From: Candidatus Brocadiia bacterium
GTDB taxonomy: Bacteria; Planctomycetota; Brocadiia; SM23-32
NCBI GenBank assembly: GCA_046538485.1
Contig: JBKHIT010000019.1
Coordinates: 16,114-80,113, forward strand
Direction: 5' to 3'
Length of the DNA stretch: 64,000 nucleotides
The notes under the pieces are model-generated. The model did not search any database, was not told where the DNA came from, and saw only the letters and a program-made list of their open reading frames with translations. A program made the translations under genes and the position numbers. Of this stretch, positions 38,776 to 48,406 are shown piece after piece. Numbering within the stretch: the stretch's first letter is position 1; every line of letters begins with the position of its first letter.

Positions 38776-40119
38776 ATGAAAAGGACTCTGCAGATTTTGC
38801 GGATTGTGGTATTCATCGTAGCGGTCTGCGGATGCGGCCGACAGGAGAAGAAGCAGGAATCGTTAAATCCACAAATCGACAAACGCGGCTCCTATCTGAT
38901 CCTTGCGACAGAGCAGGCGCTTGCCTCGTATGAGGAAGCTATCGAGATCGCGGAATCTCTCCATCCGGAGGCCAGCCGGGCTACGTTTGATCCTGGCCGG
39001 CTGGAAAGTTCGCTGGAACTTCTGAAGCAACGAACGCCCAGGTACACGCTCATTTTCATTTTGCCGGGGGAGTTTGACGTCAATCTGGCGTGGAACTGGA
39101 TGCAACTGACCACCCGGATCGACGAGGACCCATTTGTGGATGTGCGGTGCGGATTCATTACCGGAGAAACGCCGCACGCGGCGAAATCGTTTATGTCGCG
39201 CATCCGAGATGCTGTCAGGGGAGAGATCTCTTTGCCGCCGGCTTTAGTTGATAACCTCGGCCCCAACACCGCGGCCAAGAAGACGATGTTTCGCAAACAG
39301 AACAAATCGCTTTTCCTGCCGGTTTACGCTGAACAACTTCGAGTCAGCACAATCAGTCATGGCAGACGAGGGTTCAGCAAAGAAAGACTTAGTTCGATGG
39401 CTGGGGCGGGTATCGTGCATTTCGGAGGACACGGGTACCCGGATCGGGTGGTAAATTGTCTCAACGGACCGTATGCCCGCCGGCTTGCACTGGACCCGTG
39501 CGTGATTTTCAGCGGGGCCTGCTACACGGGAGTAACTGGACGGTGGTTTGATATCAACGGACCGAAGGTGACCGAGAAGCATGTCGAATCGGATAAATGC
39601 TTTTGCCTCAGTATGTTATCGAATAACGTGCTGGCCTACCTGGCCGCTCCTCATCCCGATCACGGAATCCCGGTCTACCAGGAAATGGAACACCTCGCCC
39701 TGACTGAAGCGACTCTTGGTTATTTGATCAAGTATACACACGATGGTGTTGTGCTGGCTTCGGGCGGGCAGGTTCCGCAGTTCGTGACGCTCAAAGACGG
39801 GATGGCCCGCCCGGCGTGGACGTCCAGCGATGTTATGCTGGTGGGCACGGCATCGAGAGTGCTGTTTGGCGATCCTTCCATGCGGATAATTGATTCGTTC
39901 GCAGAGTCGCCTTTTGAGTTGAGCATTCAGAGCAATTCTGCCGAGGTCAGTTCGAGGGGCGGCGCCAAAGGTGACCCAGACGGGTCCCTGCGAAGCCGCA
40001 ACGAAGAAATGACCCGGCAGAATTGCTCCCTACGGGCCGGACGGCGGCGGCCCATCTGCGGCGTTGCAGTTCGGCGTGGACCCACTTGGGTCGAACTTCT
40101 CACTGCGCCTTGCATCTGA
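38776..40119 (+). CDS. lipoprotein with peptidase C25 (gingipain/clan CD)-like domain; 3' end probably disrupted
   Basis: AAGGAG RBS, lipobox-like VCGC, HFGGHG, FSGACYTG, LFGDP; sequence stops looking protein-like after about 39930. Confidence 0.7.
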   Translation: MKRTLQILRIVVFIVAVCGCGRQEKKQESLNPQIDKRGSYLILATEQALASYEEAIEIAESLHPEASRATFDPGRLESSLELLKQRTPRYTLIFILPGEFDVNLAWNWMQLTTRIDEDPFVDVRCGFITGETPHAAKSFMSRIRDAVRGEISLPPALVDNLGPNTAAKKTMFRKQNKSLFLPVYAEQLRVSTISHGRRGFSKERLSSMAGAGIVHFGGHGYPDRVVNCLNGPYARRLALDPCVIFSGACYTGVTGRWFDINGPKVTEKHVESDKCFCLSMLSNNVLAYLAAPHPDHGIPVYQEMEHLALTEATLGYLIKYTHDGVVLASGGQVPQFVTLKDGMARPAWTSSDVMLVGTASRVLFGDPSMRIIDSFAESPFELSIQSNSAEVSSRGGAKGDPDGSLRSRNEEMTRQNCSLRAGRRRPICGVAVRRGPTWVELLTAPCI

Positions 40120-40278
40120 ACCGCCGACGAACGGCTGAACGCACAACATCAAGTGGAACGGACCACTAGGTTGCACATGCAGATTGACGTGGGGACAGAG
40201 GGCTATATGAAATCGAAACTCCGCAAACGCAACGCGACTGTGAGGTTCAGAGTGACCTGGTGAGATGGAAGGCAAAAG

Positions 40279-40368
<90 letters not shown>

Positions 40369-40378
40369 ACTTAATCCG

Positions 40379-40406
40379 ATTATAACCATACGTCCGAGAC
40401 TGTCAA
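40379..40406 (-). promoter_or_regulatory. consensus sigma70 promoter of tRNA-Leu
   Basis: TTGACA-16 nt-TATAAT. Confidence 0.8.
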
Positions 40407-40505
40407 GCAATAGGCCGACAATTGAGATCGCTATGCTTGAAGCATAGAATGGTTCATTGAAAATCACGTTTCAAATTTGTCTTCTCACCCTGAGGGAATG
40501 TCAGT

Positions 40506-41093
40506 ATGTCAGAACAATTTACGATCGATCCCGATAGAGATGCGTTAATTCTCGTCGATGTGCAAAACGATTTTTGTCCCGGGGGGCCTTTGGCAGTCCC
40601 GGACGGGGGTGAAATTGTCGAACCGCTTAATTCGTGGCTGGACAATACCTCTGTTCTCAAAATTGCGACGCGAGACTGGCATCCGGAAAACCACTGCTCG
40701 TTTATGAATCAGGGCGGGCCCTGGCCTCCACACGGTGTCCAGAATACCGAAGGAGCCCGTCTCCATCCGGATTTGCACGAAGACCGGATCGACCAAATCG
40801 TCTCTAAAGCGACTGAGCCCGACCAGGAGGCTTACTCGGGGTTCGATGCACCTGATCTTCAAAACATTCTTCAGGACAAAGGGGTAGAGAGACTCTGGAT
40901 AGGGGGGCTGGCTACGGATTATTGTGTCCGCGCGACAGTGCTTGATGCGTGCGAGATGGCTTATGAAGTCTTCGTTATTGAGGAAGCCATCAGGGGAATA
41001 GACGTGGAGGCGGGAGATGTCGACCGGGCGCATTCGGAGATGGAAGAAGCCGGCGCGCGGTTTGTGTCAAACGATGAGGTCCTGTTCCGCTAA
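40506..41093 (+). CDS. pncA: nicotinamidase/pyrazinamidase
   Basis: VDVQNDFCPGG.LAV, TRDWHP, WPPH, EAYSGF, GLATDYCV. Confidence 0.93.
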   Translation: MSEQFTIDPDRDALILVDVQNDFCPGGPLAVPDGGEIVEPLNSWLDNTSVLKIATRDWHPENHCSFMNQGGPWPPHGVQNTEGARLHPDLHEDRIDQIVSKATEPDQEAYSGFDAPDLQNILQDKGVERLWIGGLATDYCVRATVLDACEMAYEVFVIEEAIRGIDVEAGDVDRAHSEMEEAGARFVSNDEVLFR

Positions 41094-41131
41094 ATGTGTG
41101 AGCAGGTGAGAATGGCGGGAAAGGAGATCGT

Positions 41132-41776
41132 TTGAAACTCCGACGGCGCGAAATTCCAGTTTTTATTTTTAACTGCATTTACCTTGTAATTTTCGGTGGG
41201 ATATCATTGGTTCCGCCGATCAACTACGAGTTTGTTCTATATGCTGGTGTGATCGTCGTCTTCTTCCTGTTGATTCTATTTTCACAGCGGAAAGTCGAGT
41301 TCCCCCTGTTTATTCTATGGGGATTGACTTCGTGGGGCTTTCTACACATGGGGGGTGGGCATATATCTGTGGGGGAAGGGAGGCTATACGATCTTGTACT
41401 GATCCCCATCGTAACACGAGGTGAAGATGCAATTCTGCGCTACGATCATGTTGTTCACACGATCGGTTTCGGTATGGCTACGATCGTGTGTTTCCATCTT
41501 ATCAAGGGGCGGTTGAGATCCGACAAGCGAGGCCTGGTGCTGGCGTCTCTGGTTGCGCTTATGGGCATGGGGCTGGGCGCTTTGAACGAGGTGATCGAAT
41601 TGATCGTGGTGCTCGTTGTTCCGGAAAGCGGGGTTGGGGGGTATTACAATACGACGTTCGATTTGCTTTTTAATATGATCGGTGCAATCCTTGCCGTTCT
41701 GCTCCTCCGCGTCACCGGCTATCTCGGGAGCATGACAGACGAGGCTGCAGGGGACGAATCTGCACTTGGCTCTTAA
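41132..41776 (+). CDS. DUF2238-like membrane protein
   Basis: LHMGG, YDHVVH, ALNEVIE, NT..DL..N..GA; multiple TM segments; TTG start. Confidence 0.75.
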   Translation: MKLRRREIPVFIFNCIYLVIFGGISLVPPINYEFVLYAGVIVVFFLLILFSQRKVEFPLFILWGLTSWGFLHMGGGHISVGEGRLYDLVLIPIVTRGEDAILRYDHVVHTIGFGMATIVCFHLIKGRLRSDKRGLVLASLVALMGMGLGALNEVIELIVVLVVPESGVGGYYNTTFDLLFNMIGAILAVLLLRVTGYLGSMTDEAAGDESALGS

Positions 41777-43605
41777 AAGCCGGTTGGCTGCGGTGGCCGG
41801 GTATGATTAATATCCTCGTATCGCATGCGAAGAAGTCTGCGGGTGAGGTTTCTAAGGTAACCTTTTGAACCGGTTTGCCTGTCGAGTATGTCTTTCAGGA
41901 TATCATTATGTTTGCCTTTATTGCCGTTTTTGAGGTGAAGTTTTGCCAGGCGAAGGCCGACTGCGAACCATGTTGTCTGCATCGCTGAGATGGTCTTGCG
42001 GCTTTTTGGGAGCCTTTCAAACAGTCCTTCATGCAATTTTATAGCGGCCTCGATATCTCTATCATCAAGCATGATTCGTGTGGCATTGTCCAGAAGCGGG
42101 ATCATTACGTCTTTAGCTCCTCTTCCACCGACGGCGGATTTTTTGTAGACCGAAAGGGCTTTATCGTTCCGACGGACTGATTCCAGGTACTTGCCCTCCA
42201 GAAGTCTCACACGCCCCCTGACCTCGTATTCATCCGGGAATTTCTCGGCAATATGATCATAGACCATGAGGCGGGCCTTTGTGTTCTCAGGTTCGATCGC
42301 AGTAACGAGTGTTTCAAAAGCACTTGCAACAAGTTTCGGATAGTGTCGCAGTTCCTTACAAAACTTATCAATACCCGTCATAAGTTCCGTGGTCGAAAAA
42401 TCACCAGTTTTAGCAATCTTGGTGTAAGTCTCCCATTGGGCGTTGTCATAGACACACGAACGCAGAGATTTGAACAAAGCCGCTTTGGCCTGGGGGTTAT
42501 GTTTTTCCTGATGAAGGATCTGAGCCGTGTCACACCATACGCGAGCTTTGTGGCGAGTCTCCTCTGGATATTTCAGAGCACTGAGGGCGTAGTCCAAATG
42601 GTGTTCGGATACATGTTCCCCAATCTGTGGATCAGTAAGTTTCCCCACGGCCACTTTTTCACTCGACAGGCGTCCGGTGTCGCAATCCCACTCGTAACCG
42701 CCGCCCTCCCGTTTGAGATAGCCGATCCAGGCGTGCTGCTCTCCCCGTCCAGTGGTGGCTCGGATAAATACACTGGGGATACCACATGCCTTTCCGACTT
42801 CAGAAGCAAAAATAGCAGCTTCGCGGCAGACTCCACCGTGTTTTTTGATATTGGGAAGCGTTAAAGCATGGTTGGAAATCTCTTTCTTCTTACCCTTCAA
42901 ATAAGCATCATCATCGTATTTATCCAGCCAGATGCTTTTGTATACTTCTCCCATATCGTTTTCACGGTGGTAATTTTTCAGCGCCCACATTCGTTCTTGC
43001 ATCTTGCGACTGCTATCGATGACATATTTTGAGACCTGGTGAGGCATTTTCCTGAGGTCAAAGCGCATGCGGCGAGCATACTTCGTATAGAAATTGACCG
43101 AGTCGATCATTTCCTGATCTTCATTAACGCGTGAGTCCCAGACAACCGCGTAGGCAAATGCAAGTTCCGGAAACGTTTCGACCTTCGCCATCGAATTCTT
43201 CAATAATTGTAGGATTATTTCAAAACAGCGCCCGGGATCGTCCTGAGGTTCGATAGCCATCAAAAATCGTTTGTTGAAAGACGGATTATTTAGCAGCCAT
43301 TTCGTGAGGTTATCCCGGTCTTTTTTCAGAAGGATCTCGTCCTCCATGAAGGGATAAAAATGGCAGATGTAATAATAATAATGGAGTTTTTGGAGCTTTT
43401 TGTAAGGGGGCATGTTGGGCTGTGTACAGAGGTCGATAATCGATTCTTTGAAGTGGGTTTTCCCCTCTCTCCAGCGACGTTTCTGTATGTAGTCTGCCCA
43501 ATCGGAGTCGGTTGCTGCCCGGCGGCGTGGTGCGCCGCCAAATGTCACGGACTGCGACACTAACGCGAGGATGAGCAAAGCACAATAGACGTTGATCTTT
43601 TCCAT
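41773..43605 (-). CDS. secreted protein with transglutaminase-like (Cys-His-Asp) core and TPR-like helical C-terminus
   Basis: signal peptide; GGVCREAA..GKACGIPS, HAWIGY, WDCD; GAGGAG RBS before ATG 43605. Confidence 0.75.
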   Translation of the reverse strand: MEKINVYCALLILALVSQSVTFGGAPRRRAATDSDWADYIQKRRWREGKTHFKESIIDLCTQPNMPPYKKLQKLHYYYYICHFYPFMEDEILLKKDRDNLTKWLLNNPSFNKRFLMAIEPQDDPGRCFEIILQLLKNSMAKVETFPELAFAYAVVWDSRVNEDQEMIDSVNFYTKYARRMRFDLRKMPHQVSKYVIDSSRKMQERMWALKNYHRENDMGEVYKSIWLDKYDDDAYLKGKKKEISNHALTLPNIKKHGGVCREAAIFASEVGKACGIPSVFIRATTGRGEQHAWIGYLKREGGGYEWDCDTGRLSSEKVAVGKLTDPQIGEHVSEHHLDYALSALKYPEETRHKARVWCDTAQILHQEKHNPQAKAALFKSLRSCVYDNAQWETYTKIAKTGDFSTTELMTGIDKFCKELRHYPKLVASAFETLVTAIEPENTKARLMVYDHIAEKFPDEYEVRGRVRLLEGKYLESVRRNDKALSVYKKSAVGGRGAKDVMIPLLDNATRIMLDDRDIEAAIKLHEGLFERLPKSRKTISAMQTTWFAVGLRLAKLHLKNGNKGKHNDILKDILDRQTGSKGYLRNLTRRLLRMRYEDINHTRPPQPTGF

Positions 43606-43928
43606 CGTTAAGCTCCTCTGCGTGTGTTTAACGCCCCCGTCATCCACCTACGGTACCTTTTCTTACGACATGTGTCAAGATTCCCATCGTTTTTACAGCA
43701 CCGCATATTTGGTTCCATCCTTCGCCTGTGCGGGCATATTGCCTCGAGAATCATGGATATTCTCCCTGAAAGGAGGGGGGCTGACATGAGCAAGATATAC
43801 CGAGCTGAGGTGTTTTTCAAGAAAAACATTGCACAGTGCGACGCTACCCTCAGCTGCCGTGTGTACTCAAGATATCCATCTGGTGCTTTTTAGATACAAA
43901 TACTTGGGCGCACCGATCCAGGGGGGGA

Positions 43929-44004
43929 TGGTGGAGAAGAGGGGATTCGAACCCCCGGCCTCGGCAATGCGAGTGCCGCGCTCTCCCAGCTGAGCTACTT
44001 CCCC
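43929..44004 (-). tRNA. tRNA-Ala(CGC)
   Basis: 76 nt, G3:U70 pair, CGGCA-CT CGC AT-TGCCG anticodon arm, encoded CCA. Confidence 0.96.
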
Positions 44005-44017
44005 ACCCGAGAATTGT

Positions 44018-44046
44018 ATTATAGGGGAGCCACGAATTCCGCTCAA
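44018..44046 (-). promoter_or_regulatory. sigma70 promoter of tRNA-Ala
   Basis: TTGAGC-17 nt-TATAAT. Confidence 0.65.
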
Positions 44047-44087
44047 GCGGGCCGGGGTGATAAAAACAAGGAGGACTCAGCGCAGAC

Positions 44088-44357
44088 CTATGCAACTTTG
44101 CGGCGTACAGGAACCAGTGGCTGGTATTCGGGGAGAAGAATTGGTTCAAAGACTTCTTCACCGATGATGTCAATACGGGCCTGAACGCTCAACAGGTGGC
44201 CATCAGGCGTTGTGACCATTAAGTGCGTTCTGTTGCATTTCGCGCACGAAAATATCCATGGCAGAAGCGTGGGCATTTCAGGGAATGAGTTCGCGCCGTG
44301 AACAACAGGGTGAAGGTTGCCGCCACAGTGTGTACACGGGGGAAACGGTGATATCAT
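44088..44357 (-). CDS. small zinc-ribbon-like protein
   Basis: CTHCGG ... CAKC pairs; GGAGG RBS before ATG 44357. Confidence 0.55.
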   Translation of the reverse strand: MISPFPPCTHCGGNLHPVVHGANSFPEMPTLLPWIFSCAKCNRTHLMVTTPDGHLLSVQARIDIIGEEVFEPILLPEYQPLVPVRRKVA

Positions 44358-44677
44358 GGGCTGAACCTCCATAACTGAACATGCGATTTCGAATTCAAAA
44401 ATTGCCGGAAATTGCTCACGTAATGACCCGCTGACGAATACTACCTATCCGAACTGTATCTGAAACAAATAGAATGTACTGTCTGCGGCGAGCGAAATGC
44501 AAAGAAAATGTCGGCAAATTGCGCCAAAACCGCTGAAACAGCCCAGTAATGGGGTCAGAACAGTAGCAAGAAGTCCTGAAGAGAGCTGCAAATAAGGACA
44601 AAAAAGAGCGCCCAGGCGGATATATACATGACACTGTGCTTGCCAGGGGAGCCGGAAAAACATAAGATCATTTGCTC

Positions 44678-44829
44678 TAGCCCGGAGATTTTACGGATAA
44701 ATTGAACCGACTATTGCCAAATTGCACGCGGCTTGTTTATTGAACACCGTTCATAACCCTTCTGAGCCCAAAAACCGGGCTAAAAAAACGGCGCATAAAT
44801 CTGGCAACTTAAAATCAGTGATCAGCAAC
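44678..44829 (-). repeat. dispersed ~150-bp MITE-like repeat, inverted full copy
   Basis: reverse complement aligns with 25137-25284, with a diverged central segment. Confidence 0.88.
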
Positions 44830-45036
44830 GAGGCGAACGCTACGTTGAGAAACGATTGGCTTTAACTGCTTTTTCACAAGAACGATACAGACATCTTCCG
44901 GCACAGTAGCACTGGCCGGAAATTGTGAACACTTCTTCTTGTTGTAAACCCTGACGCACGAACGGCATGCGCCGATTTATATGGCCTGCATTTGTAAGAT
45001 GCAGGCTGGACACCGGCATTTTTCTGGAGACTGAAG

Positions 45037-46281
45037 ATGAACATTGTCCCTGGTGATCGTGAAATACTCCGGGCTCTGGCCAAAAAAGTCGCCGAAATAG
45101 GGCATCAACCTGTTCAAAAAGAAAAGGCGAAAATCTGGACCCGTCATAACGATCTCGATCCCGTCCGGCCGATGGTTCTTATCTTCCCGGAAGGATCCTG
45201 GCGCGAACTGCTTCCCGAACGCGATCTGAAAACGTCAAAGGATTGCCCGTTGCGGGGGATCGAAAAAGATTTTCGACGGCGTATCTATTACTGGGAACAT
45301 ATGCAAGATGATAACGTTATCGAACCGGTGGTAGCATGCAGGGTCGTGATCGACAGCACCGGTTGGGGGCTGGCTGCTGAGCGAACCAATCCCGCTGAAG
45401 CGACGGGGGCAGGTCATTTCGAGCCTGTATTGCAAACGGAAGCGGATATCGCAAAGATCAAGCCACCCCAAATCACAGTGGATTGGGAACAAACACAACG
45501 GAAATATGAGCAGATGCAAGATCTTTTCGGCGATATCCTGACTGTGGAAATCCGAGGCCGGACACGGCTTGGAACGGCTCCCATGGACACTTATTCACAG
45601 TTGCGAGGGCTAGACCAGATGTTTCTGGATCTGGTGGATAATCCGGATTTTGTTCATAAAACGATGTCGCGACTTATGGATGGCACGGTCGGCGAAATCA
45701 GGCAACTGGAAGAACAAAACGCACTAAGCCTTAACAATCGGAACCATTACGTGGGTTCAGGTGGTGTAGGATACACAACTGAGTTGCCGCAAGAAGATTT
45801 CGACGAAGAGCATATCCGTCCGATGGATATGTGGGGGTTCGCTACCGCGCAAATTTTCTCCGAGGTCTCGCCCGGGATGCATGTAGAATTCGCGCTCAAG
45901 CACGAGGTGCGCCTGCTCGAGCTTTGTGGGCTTAACTGCTACGGATGCTGTGAGCCACTGCACAATAAACTCGACATGGTCAAATCAATCCCCAATATAC
46001 GCCGGATTTCCATCAGCCCCTGGGCCGATATCGAACAGAGCGCCGAGGAACTGGGCGCCGATTACATATTTTCCTGGAAACCAAACCCCGCGGTGCTGGC
46101 CGCCGAAAACTGGAATCCCGAGGCCGTCCGCTCAATGACAAAAGATTTCCTTGAAAAAACCCGGGGATGTGTGACCGAAATCATCATGAAGGATACTCAC
46201 ACGTGCCGTGACGAGCCCCAGCGGATGTGGGAATGGACGCGCATAACGCGCGAACTTGCTGAAGATTACGCTCTGTATTGA
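45037..46281 (+). CDS. uroporphyrinogen decarboxylase / corrinoid methyltransferase-like (URO-D fold) protein
   Basis: LRGLDQMFLDLVDNP, SEVSP, YGCCEPLH, ISISPW, FSWKPNP. Confidence 0.8.
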   Translation: MNIVPGDREILRALAKKVAEIGHQPVQKEKAKIWTRHNDLDPVRPMVLIFPEGSWRELLPERDLKTSKDCPLRGIEKDFRRRIYYWEHMQDDNVIEPVVACRVVIDSTGWGLAAERTNPAEATGAGHFEPVLQTEADIAKIKPPQITVDWEQTQRKYEQMQDLFGDILTVEIRGRTRLGTAPMDTYSQLRGLDQMFLDLVDNPDFVHKTMSRLMDGTVGEIRQLEEQNALSLNNRNHYVGSGGVGYTTELPQEDFDEEHIRPMDMWGFATAQIFSEVSPGMHVEFALKHEVRLLELCGLNCYGCCEPLHNKLDMVKSIPNIRRISISPWADIEQSAEELGADYIFSWKPNPAVLAAENWNPEAVRSMTKDFLEKTRGCVTEIIMKDTHTCRDEPQRMWEWTRITRELAEDYALY

Positions 46282-46296
46282 CAGGATTCACAGACC

Positions 46297-47640
46297 ATGC
46301 CGAACGTTCTGCTTCTGATGTCCGACGAACACAACCCGTTCTACAGCAGCGTCGCGGCCCACAACCAGGCCCGCACGCCGAACATGGAACGCCTGGCCGA
46401 GTCGGGGACGTTTTTCCGCAACGCCTATTGTCCTTCGCCGCTGTGTATGCCGAGTCGGTCGGCGTTTATGGCCGGACGGCGGGTGCATGAGGTCCAGGCC
46501 TACAGCAATTGCAATGCGCTGGTCCCCGATCACTGGGCCTCATACGGGCAAGTACTTGCGGACCAGGGCGCCCATACGGCCTATATCGGCAAGACCGATG
46601 TCTACGCTCCCGGCGAGGAACTGGGTTTTTCGGAGATGATGATGCCTGGAGACCGCGGTTATCCAGGAGATACAAACCATCGTCGCACACCGGTGAGTAT
46701 CCGGAAAGGGTCGGCGGGCCGGGCCGACGGATACGGAACGGACGAAAATGCGGGTCAGGGAGACGTGAAGTGTGTGGACCGGGCTATTCAGTGGCTCCAG
46801 AACACGGCACCGAAGCTCGACAAACCGTGGACGCTGACGGTCAACGTGACGAATCCGCATTTCGCGCACATTGCGCCCCCCGAATTCTGGGCACTCTACG
46901 ATGGGGGAGATCTACCGGACCATGGTTTCGAATGCGCGAGCGCCCGACATCCGTATGCCCGGGATCTGCAGGCCCATTTTGAGACCGAGCAGTTCTCCGA
47001 CGAGCAGATTCGCGGTCTGCGGAAGGGCTATCGCGCCTGCGTGAGTTTTGTCGATTATCAGCTGGGCCGGGTGGTCGATGCTCTGGAGGCTGAGGGTCTC
47101 AGCGAGGAAACCGATCTGATTTACGCGTCGGATCACGGCGAAATGCTGGGGAAATTCGGGATGTGGTGGAAATGCAGTCTCTACGAAGATTCCGTGCGGG
47201 TTCCATGCGTGGCGGCCGGGCCGAGTTTTGATGCCGGCGAAATTGTCGAGACGCCTGTCGATTTGCTCGATGTCCAGGCGACTCTGTTCGATTTGGTCGA
47301 TCGGGATCGACCGGACGAGTGGGTAGGGGAGCCACTGAGGGATATTCCGGCGGATGACCGACAGCGGATTGTATTTTCGGAATATCACGGCCACGGAACA
47401 CGGGCCAGCGCGTATATGATTCGCCGGGGGAAATGGAAATACATCCATTACGTCGCAGCCGCAAACCAGCTTTTCGATCTCGAACATGACCCGGATGAGC
47501 TTGAGAACCTCTGTGAAACGGAGCCCGAAGTTGCGGGTGAGCTGGAAGCGGAACTGCGATCGATCTGCTCCCCGGAGGAAGAGGACCGCCGGGGCGAAGA
47601 ACTGATCGAGCAGCAGCTGGCGGCCGTGGGCAACGGATGA
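46297..47640 (+). CDS. sulfatase (choline-sulfatase-like, CMPSR)
   Basis: NVLLLMSDEH, PLCMPSR..MAG, PHF, SDHGEMLG, SEYHG; 15 nt after the upstream stop. Confidence 0.93.
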   Translation: MPNVLLLMSDEHNPFYSSVAAHNQARTPNMERLAESGTFFRNAYCPSPLCMPSRSAFMAGRRVHEVQAYSNCNALVPDHWASYGQVLADQGAHTAYIGKTDVYAPGEELGFSEMMMPGDRGYPGDTNHRRTPVSIRKGSAGRADGYGTDENAGQGDVKCVDRAIQWLQNTAPKLDKPWTLTVNVTNPHFAHIAPPEFWALYDGGDLPDHGFECASARHPYARDLQAHFETEQFSDEQIRGLRKGYRACVSFVDYQLGRVVDALEAEGLSEETDLIYASDHGEMLGKFGMWWKCSLYEDSVRVPCVAAGPSFDAGEIVETPVDLLDVQATLFDLVDRDRPDEWVGEPLRDIPADDRQRIVFSEYHGHGTRASAYMIRRGKWKYIHYVAAANQLFDLEHDPDELENLCETEPEVAGELEAELRSICSPEEEDRRGEELIEQQLAAVGNG

Positions 47641-47724
47641 AACGGCAAAAATGGGAAGTGACACAAGGGGTAACGGGTAGTTTGTATGACTCTGGGCGTA
47701 CAGACGCAGATGACAGGGGCGGGC

Positions 47725-48317
47725 TCAGGCCGGCAAATCCCGGGAATATTTCTCCATCGCGTCCATCAGGGCTTCGGCGTTCTCCAGAGAAACACCCGGA
47801 TACATTCCATGCCTCAACATTAATCCGCCGTCGGGAGAACCTAACTTTTCGACGGCGTTGCGGATATGTTTGTCGATCTTTTGGGGGGGCCAAAACGGAC
47901 AATTTTCTGGCGGTCGATGTCGAGGTCAATGCAAACGCGACCTTTCAAATTTTCCTCCATCCAATCGATACCGTTGACGAGATCCTGGAGATTGATGACT
48001 TCAACGCCGACGTCAATGATGTCTTCACAGAGCTCGCGTATATCGCCGTCGGAATGCATGTGGATGACACATCCAGCTTCCTTCGCGGGCGCGATGAGAC
48101 GTCGGTAGGTTGGCTTGATGTATTTGCGGAACTGATCAGGACTGAGCATCGGGCCTTTTTGCATGCCGAGATCCTCAGGATATCCCACCCACTCGACCCC
48201 GGCGTCCACATAGCGCTGGACAAGACCCAGGTTAAAATGTTCAACCATCTCAATTAGTTCCAGAAGCCGCGGGTGCTCGACCATATCGAACAGCAGATTT
48301 TCACGTTCTGTCATCAT
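47725..48317 (-). pseudogene. URO-D-family protein with internal deletion and frameshift
   Basis: EDLG.Q..P.LSP, IHMHSDG, INLQDLVNG; frameshift at the G7 tract 47883-47889 restores QKIDKHIRNAVEKLGSPDGGL..YPGVSLEN..*; N-terminal half missing. Confidence 0.82.
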
Positions 48318-48406
48318 GTTTTCTTTTTCTCTCCGTCGGAGACCCCGGTAGAATTGACTGGGTTAGTCCGGAACCGGTGAATGCAGGATAAGAGTGACGT
48401 TCTGAT

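Noticed and set aside
44531..44586. Hammerhead-ribozyme-like words (GAAAC...GTC...CTGAAGA)
   Set aside because: Stems I and II cannot pair properly; likewise CTGATGA near 31188 lacks the GAAA partner
47883..47889. Phase-variable or programmed frameshift at G7
   Set aside because: The tract is short and the gene already lacks its N-terminal half, so simple decay is more parsimonious
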